Shown here one piece after another: positions 1-9,137 of a stretch of 33,101 nt of DNA. The stretch comes from Alphaproteobacteria bacterium. Its GTDB lineage: Bacteria > Pseudomonadota > Alphaproteobacteria > CAAHEQ01 > UBA3637. Positions within the stretch are counted from its first letter, which is position 1; each line of letters starts with the position of its first letter. The stretch covers positions 1 through 33,101 of the forward strand of contig JAGCFA010000064.1 in the NCBI GenBank assembly GCA_017650375.1, in the 5' to 3' direction. The position numbers were made by a program, and so were the translations under genes. The notes below the pieces were generated by a model. The model made no database searches. It saw only the letters and a list, made by a program, of their open reading frames with translations, and was not told the DNA's origin.

Positions 1-912
1 AATTAAAACAGCCTCTGTTTCGGTAGTTTTTTCTTGTTGCATACGAGCCAGTTTTAAAAGATTTTGTACCAATCTGTTCATGTGGTTTGTTTGTTCGGCC
101 ATCAGATTTAAAAACTTTTCGTGCGCAGCCGGATCATCTTTTGCCGGACCTTGCAGGGTTTCAATAACGCCGGATAAGATGGCTAAAGGGGTTTTAAGTT
201 CATGACTGGCGTTTGCAAAAAAATCAGCTTGTTTTTGTTTAAACATTTCAAAAGGAGTAATATCATGAAGTAAGACAACAAATTGGGCCCCTAACAAACT
301 GGGGACAGACAATCTTTCCATTTGTACGGAAAAAGAAGAAATTTTTTTGCCATTAGAGATTTTCCATTCTAAATGAGCTTTCTTTGATTTTTTTTGAACG
401 AGCTCAGCGAAGGCTTTTGTAAAATGAATATCTGAAAACAAAATACTGACATTAAATCCAACAACTTCATTGTGCCAAAGCTGTTGTGCGGAATCATTTG
501 CAAACACAACCAATTCTTTTTCATTAATCATTAAAATTGGATCTGGGAGAGTTTTTAAAATATGAACATCAGATTGTGCTTTTTGATGCCAAGAAGCTTG
601 AAGCGTTTGAAAAGTATTTGCTAATCTGGCAGAGGAAAAAAATCCTCGTCTAAAACGGGGTAATTCCAAATCTAAATTCTGGGAAGCGTTTTTTAAGTAG
701 GCAATAAAATTATCCAGATCTTTAAAGATAAAGAAAATAATAATGGCGCTGATACCCCAAAAAGAAACCAAGGATATACTGGCAGAAATCCAGGTTAGTT
801 TTTTCATCAGCAATAAAATAAGTAGAATAAAAAATGCCGGAATGTTGATAATTAAAGTCCGAACAGATAATTTTCCAATGTATTTTAAGATTTTAACTTT
901 CTTTTTTTTCAT
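1..912 (-). CDS. PAS-domain sensor histidine kinase, PhoR-like; 5' part only (304 codons), gene continues past the left window edge
   Basis: Own minus-strand translation from ATG at 912-910: [63 protein letters not shown]... It shows two N-terminal hydrophobic helices, a PAS-like stretch, then the H-box [23 protein letters not shown]. The frame is open to base 1, so it is absent from the ORF track. The + ORF 743-925 is its antisense shadow. Confidence 0.8.
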   Translation of the reverse strand, partial: MKKKKVKILKYIGKLSVRTLIINIPAFFILLILLLMKKLTWISASISLVSFWGISAIIIFFIFKDLDNFIAYLKNASQNLDLELPRFRRGFFSSARLANTFQTLQASWHQKAQSDVHILKTLPDPILMINEKELVVFANDSAQQLWHNEVVGFNVSILFSDIHFTKAFAELVQKKSKKAHLEWKISNGKKISSFSVQMERLSVPSLLGAQFVVLLHDITPFEMFKQKQADFFANASHELKTPLAILSGVIETLQGPAKDDPAAHEKFLNLMAEQTNHMNRLVQNLLKLARMQQEKTTETEAVLI

Positions 913-954
913 AATTTTAGTATAATACATCCCACAAAAAAAGGAAAGAAAAAA

Positions 955-3549
955 ATGACAAAAGATAAAGCCACTCCTTTAATGGAACAATATCTAAAAA
1001 CGAAAGCAGAATATCCAGACTGTCTTTTATTTTATCGGATGGGCGATTTTTATGAACTGTTTTTTAACGATGCTTTTGTGGCTTCAAAGGCATTGGATAT
1101 TGTTCAAACGTATCGGGGAACACATCTGGGACAACCTATTCCGATGTGTGGAGTGCCTTTTCACGCTCATGAAAATTATTTGGTACGCTTAGTAAAAGCG
1201 GGTTTTAAGGTGGCGATTTGTGAGCAGGTAGAAGATCCGGCTGAAGCAAAAAAACGAGGTTCTGCCGCTGTCGTAAAACGCGAAGTTGTGCGTATTGTAA
1301 CCGCAGGAACCTTGACAGATGAAAACCTGTTAAATGCAAGGCATCATAATTACTTGGTGGCAGTAGCAGAATGTGGCATCGGCTTTGGGGTTGCATGGGC
1401 AGATATGTCAACAGGGGATTTTTATGTCCAATCGGCCACCTCTGAAACATTGCCTTCTGTTCTGGCGCGACTGGAAGCCTCAGAGGTATTAGTACAAGAA
1501 GATTTTACTACACGCCATCCTCATGCATGGGATAATTCTTTTGGGCAGATGACCGAATTGCCCGCCAGTGATTTTTCACCCCTTTTATATGCGGAAATTA
1601 TGCAAAAAAATCCGGGGTTTTCTAAAGTAGAAAATTTGGCAATAGGTGTTATTCAACATTATTTAGCTGAAACACAAAAAGGAGAAGCGCCCATTTTATC
1701 AACTCCACAGCAAGTAAATGAAATTCAGTTGATGCAAATTGATGGAGCAACGCGGCGGTCTTTGGAATTGACAACCTCACTGTCAGATGAACGAGGGGCA
1801 AAAAGTTTATTGGATATTTTAGATGAAACAGAAACAGGGGCGGGGGCGCGTTTATTGGCAACCTGGCTTTCTTCTCCATTGATGGATTTGGATTTAATAA
1901 ATGCTCGGTTGGATCAAGTCAACTTCTTCAAAGACAACCCGTTGGTTTTGACGGAAATGCGTACTATTTTAAAGGAAATTCCGGATATTGAGAGATGTTT
2001 AACACGTTTGGCTGTGAATCGGGGAGGCCCCAGAGACATGTTCGCGATTGCCAAGGGGTTGGGGCTTGTTCCAACCATCAGAACACATTTGATTGGGGAT
2101 TATATGCCAACAGCATTGCAACAAACGCGGGATTTGCTTGGGGAACATTCTGCATTAGTAGATGAAATTAAAAGTGCTTTGTTTAACAGCGAAAAAGATT
2201 TACCCCTTTTGGCGCGAGATGGCGGATTTATCCAACCAGGATATAACGCACCATTAGATGAAATTAACTCAGTTAAAAAGAACGCCAAGAAAATGTTGGC
2301 CGATTTACAGGCCAAATATGTCGCACAAACAAATATTCAAAATTTAAAAGTGACTTTCAATAATTTACTGGGGTATTTTATTGAAGTGCCCAGTCGTTTT
2401 TCAGAGCCGCTTTTGACTAATAAGGAAATGGGGTTTATTCATCGTCAAACAATGGTGAATTGTGTGCGTTTTACAACAGTAGAATTAGGGGAATTGGAAA
2501 CAAAAATCGTGCATGCTGATGAAAAAGCATTGCGTTTAGAGTTAGAACTTTATGATAATCTTCGTCAAAAAATTGTAGCCGCTAGCACAGAAGTTTTGCA
2601 AGCAGCGCGAGCGCTTGCCTGCTTGGATGTGGTATCCTCTTTAGCGCATTTAGCAATACAAAAAAACTGGGTGCGTCCTGTTTTAACTTTAGGAAAAGAA
2701 TTTGATATTAAGGGTGGGCGTCATCCGGTGGTAGAATCAGCCTTGGAAAAAACACATACCGACTTTATCCCTAATGATTGTAATTTGAATGAGCAAAATA
2801 ATTTATGGCTTTTAACAGGGCCAAACATGGCGGGGAAAAGTACCTTTTTGCGACAAAATGCCTTGATTGCGGTGCTGGCTCAAATGGGGTCCTATGTACC
2901 AGCGGAAAGTGCGACTATCGGTTTGGTGGATAAACTCTTTTCTCGTGTGGGGGCCAGTGATGATTTGGCCAGGGGACGCTCTACCTTTATGATTGAAATG
3001 GTGGAAGTTGCCAGTATTTTGAACGGAGCAACAGATAAATCTTTGGTTATTTTAGATGAAGTAGGACGTGGTACGGCAACCTTTGATGGATTGTCGATTG
3101 CTTGGGCGACAGTAGAATATTTGCACGATCACAATAAAGCACGCGCCTTATTTGCCACACATTATCATGAATTAACAGCGTTGGGTAAGAAACTTGCCCG
3201 TGTTTCCATGCATACAATGCGGATCAAAGAATGGCAAGGGGATGTTGTGTTTTTGCATGAGGTCGGGGAAGGTGTTGCGAATCGTTCTTATGGGATTCAT
3301 GTGGCGCGCTTGGCTGGGATGCCGGAATCTGTGTTGAAACGGGCAGAACAAGTATTGGCTGAATTGGAAGAAAAGAAAGCAAATCAAAAGCCTTTGTTTG
3401 ACGATTTGCCGCTGTTTTCGGCGGTGGAAAAAGAAGTTCAACCTAAAGAAAGCACCATTGAAAAGGAACTCAAAGCGTTGGATGTGGACACCCTGTCCCC
3501 ACGCGAAGCCTTGGATGTTATTTACCATTTAAAATCGGAGGTTAAATGA
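955..3549 (+). CDS. mutS: DNA mismatch repair protein MutS
   Basis: 864 aa. Mismatch-binding N-terminus [33 protein letters not shown], Walker [14 protein letters not shown], Walker B region [16 protein letters not shown], then [10 protein letters not shown]-like AAAGGAAAG lies upstream of the ATG. Confidence 0.97.
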   Translation: MTKDKATPLMEQYLKTKAEYPDCLLFYRMGDFYELFFNDAFVASKALDIVQTYRGTHLGQPIPMCGVPFHAHENYLVRLVKAGFKVAICEQVEDPAEAKKRGSAAVVKREVVRIVTAGTLTDENLLNARHHNYLVAVAECGIGFGVAWADMSTGDFYVQSATSETLPSVLARLEASEVLVQEDFTTRHPHAWDNSFGQMTELPASDFSPLLYAEIMQKNPGFSKVENLAIGVIQHYLAETQKGEAPILSTPQQVNEIQLMQIDGATRRSLELTTSLSDERGAKSLLDILDETETGAGARLLATWLSSPLMDLDLINARLDQVNFFKDNPLVLTEMRTILKEIPDIERCLTRLAVNRGGPRDMFAIAKGLGLVPTIRTHLIGDYMPTALQQTRDLLGEHSALVDEIKSALFNSEKDLPLLARDGGFIQPGYNAPLDEINSVKKNAKKMLADLQAKYVAQTNIQNLKVTFNNLLGYFIEVPSRFSEPLLTNKEMGFIHRQTMVNCVRFTTVELGELETKIVHADEKALRLELELYDNLRQKIVAASTEVLQAARALACLDVVSSLAHLAIQKNWVRPVLTLGKEFDIKGGRHPVVESALEKTHTDFIPNDCNLNEQNNLWLLTGPNMAGKSTFLRQNALIAVLAQMGSYVPAESATIGLVDKLFSRVGASDDLARGRSTFMIEMVEVASILNGATDKSLVILDEVGRGTATFDGLSIAWATVEYLHDHNKARALFATHYHELTALGKKLARVSMHTMRIKEWQGDVVFLHEVGEGVANRSYGIHVARLAGMPESVLKRAEQVLAELEEKKANQKPLFDDLPLFSAVEKEVQPKESTIEKELKALDVDTLSPREALDVIYHLKSEVK

Positions 3550-4133
3550 TATCTGAAAATCTTATGGAAAATGTGATTACAAAAAACGATCTACTAAGAG
3601 ACTATGTTAGTTTTTTATTGGTGATTTTTTTGTCGTTCTTTTTTAAATATACGACAAAAGAGTTGGTGGAAAGTATTTGGTTTTACTCGGTTGTTTTGGT
3701 TGATTCAATGCTGTTGTATCAACTCATAAAGTGTTTTGAGTATGACAATTTTTCATCAGCAAGATTGGTGAGTATTATCGGAACGGGATTTTTGTACACA
3801 GCACTTTACATAGCACAGATAAAAGGAGTGTTTATGATTATGGGATTTGATGAAAATGCATTCAATATCAAAAATTTTATTTTCTATCTTCCTTTTGTGC
3901 CGTTCGTTTTGTTTCAAAATAGAAAATATTTTAAAGAATTTTTGTGGAAGGATAAGATCAATAAGGTATCATGGATTGTGTTTTTAACTTTTCTTAAAAT
4001 ATGTATACTCATTGCCTTAATTTATAATTTTCGGCAAAATGAAACATTGGCATTTTACGTTATTTATGCACTCTTCTTTTTCCCATTTTTAAAAACATTT
4101 AAATTCTTGATGCAAAAAAGGGGGGCTAAATGA
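3546..4133 (+). CDS. Hypothetical polytopic membrane protein (about 6 predicted helices), no recognisable family
   Basis: 195-aa ORF whose ATG overlaps the mutS stop (ATGA). About six hydrophobic segments ([99 protein letters not shown]). Very AT-rich: spot count 14 G+C in 60 nt at 3601-3660. Confidence 0.5.
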   Translation: MISENLMENVITKNDLLRDYVSFLLVIFLSFFFKYTTKELVESIWFYSVVLVDSMLLYQLIKCFEYDNFSSARLVSIIGTGFLYTALYIAQIKGVFMIMGFDENAFNIKNFIFYLPFVPFVLFQNRKYFKEFLWKDKINKVSWIVFLTFLKICILIALIYNFRQNETLAFYVIYALFFFPFLKTFKFLMQKRGAK

Positions 4134-4354
4134 TTTATCAGATTTTTTCCATTATTTTGTCGGCGCTTTTTTTAATGTTTATGTTTTGGGCGTTATGGTA
4201 TATCGCCATTCCTTTGTTGGCGGTAGCTGTTTTATTGGCGGCTTTAGGACAACTCAAAGGACATATTAAACATAAGATTCATAAACATCGTACGCATCAT
4301 CAACCTATTCGTGCCAACGATGTGATTGATGTGGATTTTAAGGAAGTAAAATAA
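4130..4354 (+). CDS. Hypothetical small membrane protein (hydrophobic hairpin plus His/Lys-rich tail)
   Basis: 74-aa ORF with its ATG overlapping the previous stop (ATGA). About 36 contiguous hydrophobic residues (IFSIILSALFLMFMFWALWYIAIPLLAVAVLLAALG), then the basic tail KGHIKHKIHKHRTHHQ. Confidence 0.45.
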   Translation: MIYQIFSIILSALFLMFMFWALWYIAIPLLAVAVLLAALGQLKGHIKHKIHKHRTHHQPIRANDVIDVDFKEVK

Positions 4355-4399
4355 TTTTTTGTTTTTTGTCTTCCTTTATTTTCAGTACTTTTGACGATC

Positions 4400-4417
4400 T
4401 ATGACATTTTTATGACA
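4400..4417 (-). promoter_or_regulatory. Pho-box-like direct repeat (TGTCATA-AAAA-TGTCATA on the minus strand)
   Basis: The + strand reads TATGACAttttTATGACA: 7-bp direct repeats with 11-bp periodicity. The reverse complement TTGTCATAAAAATGTCAT matches the E. coli Pho box CTGTCATAWAWCTGTCAY at 16 of 18 positions (my own alignment). It lies 6 bp upstream of the predicted -35 of the porin gene, in inverted orientation. Confidence 0.3.
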
Positions 4418-4423
4418 AAATTG

Positions 4424-4452
4424 TTGCAATTTACTTTAGCATTGTGTATACT
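4424..4452 (+). promoter_or_regulatory. Sigma-70-type promoter for the FadL-family gene
   Basis: TTGCAA (4424-4429), 17-nt spacer, TATACT (4447-4452). This leaves a leader of about 45 nt with SD-like AAAGGAAA before the ATG at 4502. Confidence 0.5.
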
Positions 4453-4501
4453 GCCGATTGTCAACTTTCAAATTTAATAAAACAACAGAAAGGAAATTGA
4501 A

Positions 4502-5788
4502 ATGAAAGTGAACAAATTAGTTAAAATAGCTGTTGCTGTGGCAGTGGCTTTACATATAGCCGATGCAAAGGCAGCCAGTTATCAATTAAACGATTACTCT
4601 GTGACAGGCTTAGGACGTTCCTATGCTGGTGCAGGAATCATGGGGGATGACTATTCAGCTATCGCATATAACCCCGCCGGTATGACCTTAATGAAAAAAT
4701 CCGGTGTTCAACAAGTTTTTAACATGATTAATGTGAACTCAGACGTGGAGGGTTTGGATGAACATAAGGGATCAAAAGGAAAAATGAAATTTTGGCAACC
4801 TGTTCCGGCCGGTTTTGCACAATATAATGTAAATGACAAGTTCTTTTTGGGGGCTGGTATTTATGCCCCATTTGGACTTAAAACAAAGTATAAGGCCAAT
4901 TGGTTCGGAAAAGACGCGGCTATCTTATCCAAGTTGGATATTGTGGATTTTAACATTTCAGCAGCTTATAAGTTAGACCAACATTGGTCTTTTGGTGCCA
5001 GCGCTATTCTGCGTTATATTTATGGGCGTATGACTCAAAAAATAGGAACAATGGGGCCATATGGGGGTGGTGATATTAACTTTAACGTTCATGGATGGAG
5101 CCAAACAGGGACTTTAGGTGTTATGTATGAAGTAGATAAGAACACGCGTTTTGGTGCTTCTTGGCGGTTGCGTTCCGCACAGCGTGCTAAAGGAAAATTC
5201 AAAATGTCTGGGATTAATCCTGCTCCGTCAGCAGTGCTTCCTCCGGGTATGACATGGCCTTCTTATTTAAAAGATGGTATGACAGATGTTTGGGCTAATC
5301 CTGATTTACCTGAAACAGTGACATTGTCCGCCTATCATCGTTATAAAGATGTTGGTTTTTCTGGAACAGCTCGTTGGACACACTGGACATCTTCATTTCC
5401 TAATTTTACCGTTTATTCTTCTTCTCTTCCTGAGGGAAAGAAAACAAACGATTACCGCTATAAGAATAGCTGGACTTTGTCTGGTGGGATGGATTATTAC
5501 TACTGTAAAAATTTGACCTTCCGTTTGGGGGCTGGCTGGGATCAAAGTCCGACTAATGGTGCTAAACGTCGTACCATTCGTATCCCCGACAGTGATCGTT
5601 GGTGGATGAGCGTGGGGGCCAGTTATATGAAAAATAATTGGCAGTTAGATGTTGGGTATGCTCATTTGATTGCCAAGACAGCAAAATCTTTGGAAGACAA
5701 AGGAACGTTGCTATCTGATCCTGTGCATGCTAAATATAAAAACACACAATCCAATATTTTGGGTGTGCAAGTTCAATATAAATTCTAA
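4502..5788 (+). CDS. fadL: Outer-membrane transport protein, FadL/OmpP1/TodX family
   Basis: 428 aa. Signal peptide MKVNKLVKIAVAVAVALHIADAKA, family-typical N-terminal hatch motif GLGRSYAGAGIMGDDYSAIAYNPAGM, alternating beta-strand pattern and a C-terminal aromatic residue (QVQYKF). Confidence 0.85.
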   Translation: MKVNKLVKIAVAVAVALHIADAKAASYQLNDYSVTGLGRSYAGAGIMGDDYSAIAYNPAGMTLMKKSGVQQVFNMINVNSDVEGLDEHKGSKGKMKFWQPVPAGFAQYNVNDKFFLGAGIYAPFGLKTKYKANWFGKDAAILSKLDIVDFNISAAYKLDQHWSFGASAILRYIYGRMTQKIGTMGPYGGGDINFNVHGWSQTGTLGVMYEVDKNTRFGASWRLRSAQRAKGKFKMSGINPAPSAVLPPGMTWPSYLKDGMTDVWANPDLPETVTLSAYHRYKDVGFSGTARWTHWTSSFPNFTVYSSSLPEGKKTNDYRYKNSWTLSGGMDYYYCKNLTFRLGAGWDQSPTNGAKRRTIRIPDSDRWWMSVGASYMKNNWQLDVGYAHLIAKTAKSLEDKGTLLSDPVHAKYKNTQSNILGVQVQYKF

Positions 5789-5789
5789 T

Positions 5790-6506
5790 TTATGTGGATG
5801 TTTTGGGAAGCCCCGACTTGTTCGGGGTTTCTTTTATTTCTATAGCATGTGTCCCATCACAAAAGGGCTTATTATGTGATTTTCCACAGCGACAGAGAGC
5901 TTGTCGCGCACGAACTTCATAAGGTTTTTCATGATCGTCTAATACTTCAATTCCTCCTTTTGCATAAAGGGGTCCCATGCAATTTAAGGCGGCATCGTGT
6001 AAAATGTTTATTTCTGGTTGAGCAGGTTCTTCAATAATTTCGCCCGTTTGATTATCAATAATCATCAAGCGTCCTCCGGGACACGCCAGCGTTTCTTGAA
6101 TAGCCAAAGCATCTGTTTTTTCTTTTCCTTGTCGCACCAAATTCCATACCCTGCCGAACGCATCGCAAAAACGTCCAAAAGCGCAATACATTTCATTATC
6201 CAGTAAGGTAAAGTTGGGGCCTTCAACTGCTTGTGCTCCTTGAGCAAATGGTTGATGGGGAGCAGTGCATGTACCGTCGAAATGATGGCATACATGCGAT
6301 TCATCACAAAAAGGCATTTTATTTGAATGACCGCAGCGACATAATTTTGTCGTTTTCTCTTTAGGTCGAATTTGTTTCCCTTGTGCATAAGTCCAAGCAT
6401 TAGAAGTCGGGTCTTTTTTGATTGTTTTTTCCTGGATAGAAGCTTTTCCTTCTACAATATAAGGCCCGTTATAGGTAGCATGAATGCGTGTTTTTTTATG
6501 TGCCAT
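5790..6506 (-). CDS. CDGSH iron-sulfur domain protein (two CDGSH motifs flanking a Cys-rich central domain)
   Basis: 238 aa. Motifs CRCGHSNKMPFCDESH and CRCGKSHNKPFCDGTH fit C-x-C-x2-S/T-x3-P-x-C-D-G-S/A/T-H. The central CxxxxxxC...CAFGRFC...ACPGG segment resembles a divergent 4Fe-4S mono-cluster domain. Confidence 0.85.
   Translation of the reverse strand: MAHKKTRIHATYNGPYIVEGKASIQEKTIKKDPTSNAWTYAQGKQIRPKEKTTKLCRCGHSNKMPFCDESHVCHHFDGTCTAPHQPFAQGAQAVEGPNFTLLDNEMYCAFGRFCDAFGRVWNLVRQGKEKTDALAIQETLACPGGRLMIIDNQTGEIIEEPAQPEINILHDAALNCMGPLYAKGGIEVLDDHEKPYEVRARQALCRCGKSHNKPFCDGTHAIEIKETPNKSGLPKTST
5807..5839 (+). terminator. Rho-independent terminator for the FadL-family gene, embedded in the 3' coding end of the convergent CDGSH gene
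   Basis: GAAGCCCCGA (5807-5816), loop cttgt, TCGGGGTTTC (5822-5831). This is a 10-bp stem with one G-U pair, followed by TTTTATTT. No U-tract follows the hairpin on the minus strand. Confidence 0.7.
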
Positions 6507-6566
6507 TTTGTCCCCCTTTCGTTTTTGAAAAGTTTATTTAGCTCATTTTTACACCAATAGCAAGAA

Positions 6567-6593
6567 TATTTTAGTAATCACACAACTAAAATA
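6567..6593. repeat. Perfect 9-bp inverted repeat (TATTTTAGT-N9-ACTAAAATA) in the divergent CDGSH/DUF378 intergenic region; possible operator
   Basis: Arms at 6567-6575 and 6585-6593 are exact reverse complements. The repeat lies between two divergent starts, so it is unlikely to be a terminator. Confidence 0.3.
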
Positions 6594-6664
6594 CGAAAAA
6601 AGACTTGATTTTTCTTTAAAGAAAAACCAGCTGAATAAATGTCATTAACAAAAAGGAGGATAAA

Positions 6665-6871
6665 ATGGATATTATTTCAAAAATAGTCTTAGCTTTAGTG
6701 GTTGTCGGTGGATTAAATTGGGGCTTGATTGGCGCTTTTAATTTTGATGTGGTGGCCTTTTTATTTGGTCCAATGAGCATCTTAAGCAGAACAATCTATA
6801 TTTTAGTTGGTTTAGCAGCAATATGGACAATCTTTGGGGCGTTTTATATGCCACAAGAAACCTTGAAATAA
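6665..6871 (+). CDS. DUF378-family small membrane protein
   Basis: 68 aa. The family hallmark VVVGGLNWGLIGAFNFDVVAFLFG...YILVGLAAIW is present. Strong SD AAAGGAGGA lies upstream. Confidence 0.85.
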   Translation: MDIISKIVLALVVVGGLNWGLIGAFNFDVVAFLFGPMSILSRTIYILVGLAAIWTIFGAFYMPQETLK

Positions 6872-6879
6872 AAAAAGAC

Positions 6880-6908
6880 TTGCATTTTGTGGGAAACTCC
6901 CGTAAAAT
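6880..6908 (+). promoter_or_regulatory. Sigma-70-type promoter immediately upstream of parC (would give a leader of 0-4 nt)
   Basis: TTGCAT (6880-6885), 17-nt spacer, TAAAAT (6903-6908). The parC ATG at 6918 lies only 9 nt after the -10 element. Confidence 0.45.
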
Positions 6909-6917
6909 ACAGGTATT

Positions 6918-9134
6918 ATGACGGAAGAAATATCACATAAAATTCAAGAACAACAACTGGCGGATGCGCTTTCCGAAAGATATTTGGCGTATGCACTTTC
7001 TACCATTGTTGCACGTTCCTTGCCTGATGTGCGTGATGGATTGAAACCTGTTCATCGTCGGCTTTTATGGGCGATGCGTCAGTTGAAATTGGATCCTGAC
7101 AAAGGTTTTAAAAAATGTGCCCGTGTGGTGGGGGATGTGATTGGTAAATATCACCCGCATGGTGACAGTTCCGTTTATGAAGCGATGGTACGCTTGGCGC
7201 AAGATTTTGCAGTGCGCTATCCGTTGGTGGATGGACAGGGTAACTTTGGCAACATTGACGGGGATGGCGCCGCCGCTATGCGGTATACCGAGGCACGCTT
7301 GACCCCTGTGGCACTGGCCTTGATGGAGGGGTTGGATGATAATGCGGTGGATTTCGAGCCCACCTATGATGGCGAAGATGAAGAACCGGTTGTGATGCCC
7401 GCCATGTTTCCGAATCTGTTGGCGAATGGTTCCAGTGGGATTGCAGTCGGGATGGCCACCAATATTGCCCCCCATAATGTGGGGGAGGTGTGTGATGCTC
7501 TTCTGTATTTGCTACAACACCCTGAGGCCTCTGTTGCTAAACTGACGGACTTTGTACTGGGTCCTGATTTTCCAACCGGCGGTGTCTTGGTGGAAAGCAA
7601 AGAAAACATTGTTAAAGTTTATACGGAAGGCAAGGGCCCACTAAAAGTGCGGGCACGCTGGGAAGTGGAAGATTTAGGGCATGGCCAATATCAAATTGTC
7701 GTGACAGAGATTCCCTATGGCGTTGTGAAATCCGACTTAATTATGAAAATTGCGAAATTATTGATGGCGAAAAAGCTGCCTCTTCTCAATGATATTAGGG
7801 ATGAATCGGCTGATAAAATTCGGATTGTATTAGAGCCAAAATCGCGTTCTGTGGTGGCCGAACAATTGATGGAACACTTGTTCCGCAATTCAGATTTGCA
7901 AGTCAATTTCAATATGAATATGAACGTGTTGGATGCCGATCATACTCCCCGTGTCATGAGTTTGGCGGAAGTCTTGATCGCCTTTTTAAAACACCGTGAG
8001 GAAGTGCTAATTCGCCGTGCAAAATTCCGTTTGGATAAAATTGCACACCGCATGGAATTGTTGCAGGGCTTCTTAACAGCCTATTTGAACCTGGATCGCG
8101 TCATTGAAATTATCCGTAATGAGGATGAACCAAAGCCCATCATGATGCAGGAATTTTCCCTGACGGATGTGCAAGCTGAAGCCATTTTGAACATGAAGTT
8201 GCGCTCGCTGCGTCGTTTGGAGGAAATGCAACTTCGTAATGAATTTGAAGAATTAGCGCTGGAAAAAGCCGGATTGGAAAATTTGCTGGTAGATGGTGAT
8301 TTAAGAAAAGCGCGTTTATCGGAAGAAATCAAAAAAATCAAGGCTGATTTTGGACAAAAAACGGAGCTTGGCAAACGGCGCACAGAAATTGCAGGCGCTG
8401 TGCAAATGGTGGAAATGTCCATTGAAACCATGATTGAAAAAGAACCGATTACAGTGGTACTTTCTAAACAAGGGTGGATTCGCGCCCTAAAGGGCACAGT
8501 GGATGAAGCCGATATCAAGTTCAAAGAAGGCGACAGTTTATCCTGCATGGTGAAAGGCTATACGACCGATCATATTATGCTGTTTGCCACCAACGGACGC
8601 TTTTATTCCATTTTAGGCAACGATATTACAGGTGGGCGTGGATTCGGTTCGCCTGTGCGTTTATCCATTGACCTGCCGGAAGATGCTGATGTTTTAAGTA
8701 TGTTTATCTTTCAATCTGACAAAAAATTGTTGGTGGCATCGCGTAATGGCAAAGGCTTTATCGTTGAATCCAACAATATTATCGCCCAAACGCGTGCGGG
8801 GAAGATTATTTTAAATTTGGCCGAAGGCGACAAAGCATGGGTGTGTGAACCCGCCGATGGTGATTCTGTGGCAGTCATGGGAAATAACCGCAAATTGTTG
8901 GTGTTCAAGGCCGAAGAAATTCCCACCATGGTGCGTGGATCAGGTGTGATTTTACAAAAGTACGCCGAGGCAAAACTTTCCGATGTGCGCTTCTTTAATT
9001 GGGCAGAAGGCCTCACCTATCCGTCAGGAAATGGCATGCATGTGGAACCCGATATGACCAATTGGTTGGGGCGCCGCGCTACAGTGGGGAAATTCCCTCC
9101 GGTCGGATTCCCCAGAAACAATAAATTTCATTAA
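6918..9134 (+). CDS. parC: DNA topoisomerase IV subunit A
   Basis: 738 aa. [34 protein letters not shown], active-site region [11 protein letters not shown]. Its length is shorter than typical GyrA, and there is no adjacent gyrB. Confidence 0.9.
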   Translation: MTEEISHKIQEQQLADALSERYLAYALSTIVARSLPDVRDGLKPVHRRLLWAMRQLKLDPDKGFKKCARVVGDVIGKYHPHGDSSVYEAMVRLAQDFAVRYPLVDGQGNFGNIDGDGAAAMRYTEARLTPVALALMEGLDDNAVDFEPTYDGEDEEPVVMPAMFPNLLANGSSGIAVGMATNIAPHNVGEVCDALLYLLQHPEASVAKLTDFVLGPDFPTGGVLVESKENIVKVYTEGKGPLKVRARWEVEDLGHGQYQIVVTEIPYGVVKSDLIMKIAKLLMAKKLPLLNDIRDESADKIRIVLEPKSRSVVAEQLMEHLFRNSDLQVNFNMNMNVLDADHTPRVMSLAEVLIAFLKHREEVLIRRAKFRLDKIAHRMELLQGFLTAYLNLDRVIEIIRNEDEPKPIMMQEFSLTDVQAEAILNMKLRSLRRLEEMQLRNEFEELALEKAGLENLLVDGDLRKARLSEEIKKIKADFGQKTELGKRRTEIAGAVQMVEMSIETMIEKEPITVVLSKQGWIRALKGTVDEADIKFKEGDSLSCMVKGYTTDHIMLFATNGRFYSILGNDITGGRGFGSPVRLSIDLPEDADVLSMFIFQSDKKLLVASRNGKGFIVESNNIIAQTRAGKIILNLAEGDKAWVCEPADGDSVAVMGNNRKLLVFKAEEIPTMVRGSGVILQKYAEAKLSDVRFFNWAEGLTYPSGNGMHVEPDMTNWLGRRATVGKFPPVGFPRNNKFH

Positions 9135-9137
9135 GAA

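Noticed and set aside
743-925. 60-aa + strand ORF from the track
   Set aside because: It lies entirely antisense to the N-terminal membrane region of the minus-strand histidine kinase (start at 912). It has no SD and a low-complexity Phe/Ile/Lys composition typical of an antisense shadow.
7065-8548. Several 65-155-aa minus-strand ORFs inside parC (7065-7475, 7364-7609, 7715-7912, 8081-8548)
   Set aside because: They are antisense shadows of a highly conserved gene. Their Ser/Pro/Arg-rich compositions carry no motifs or translation signals.
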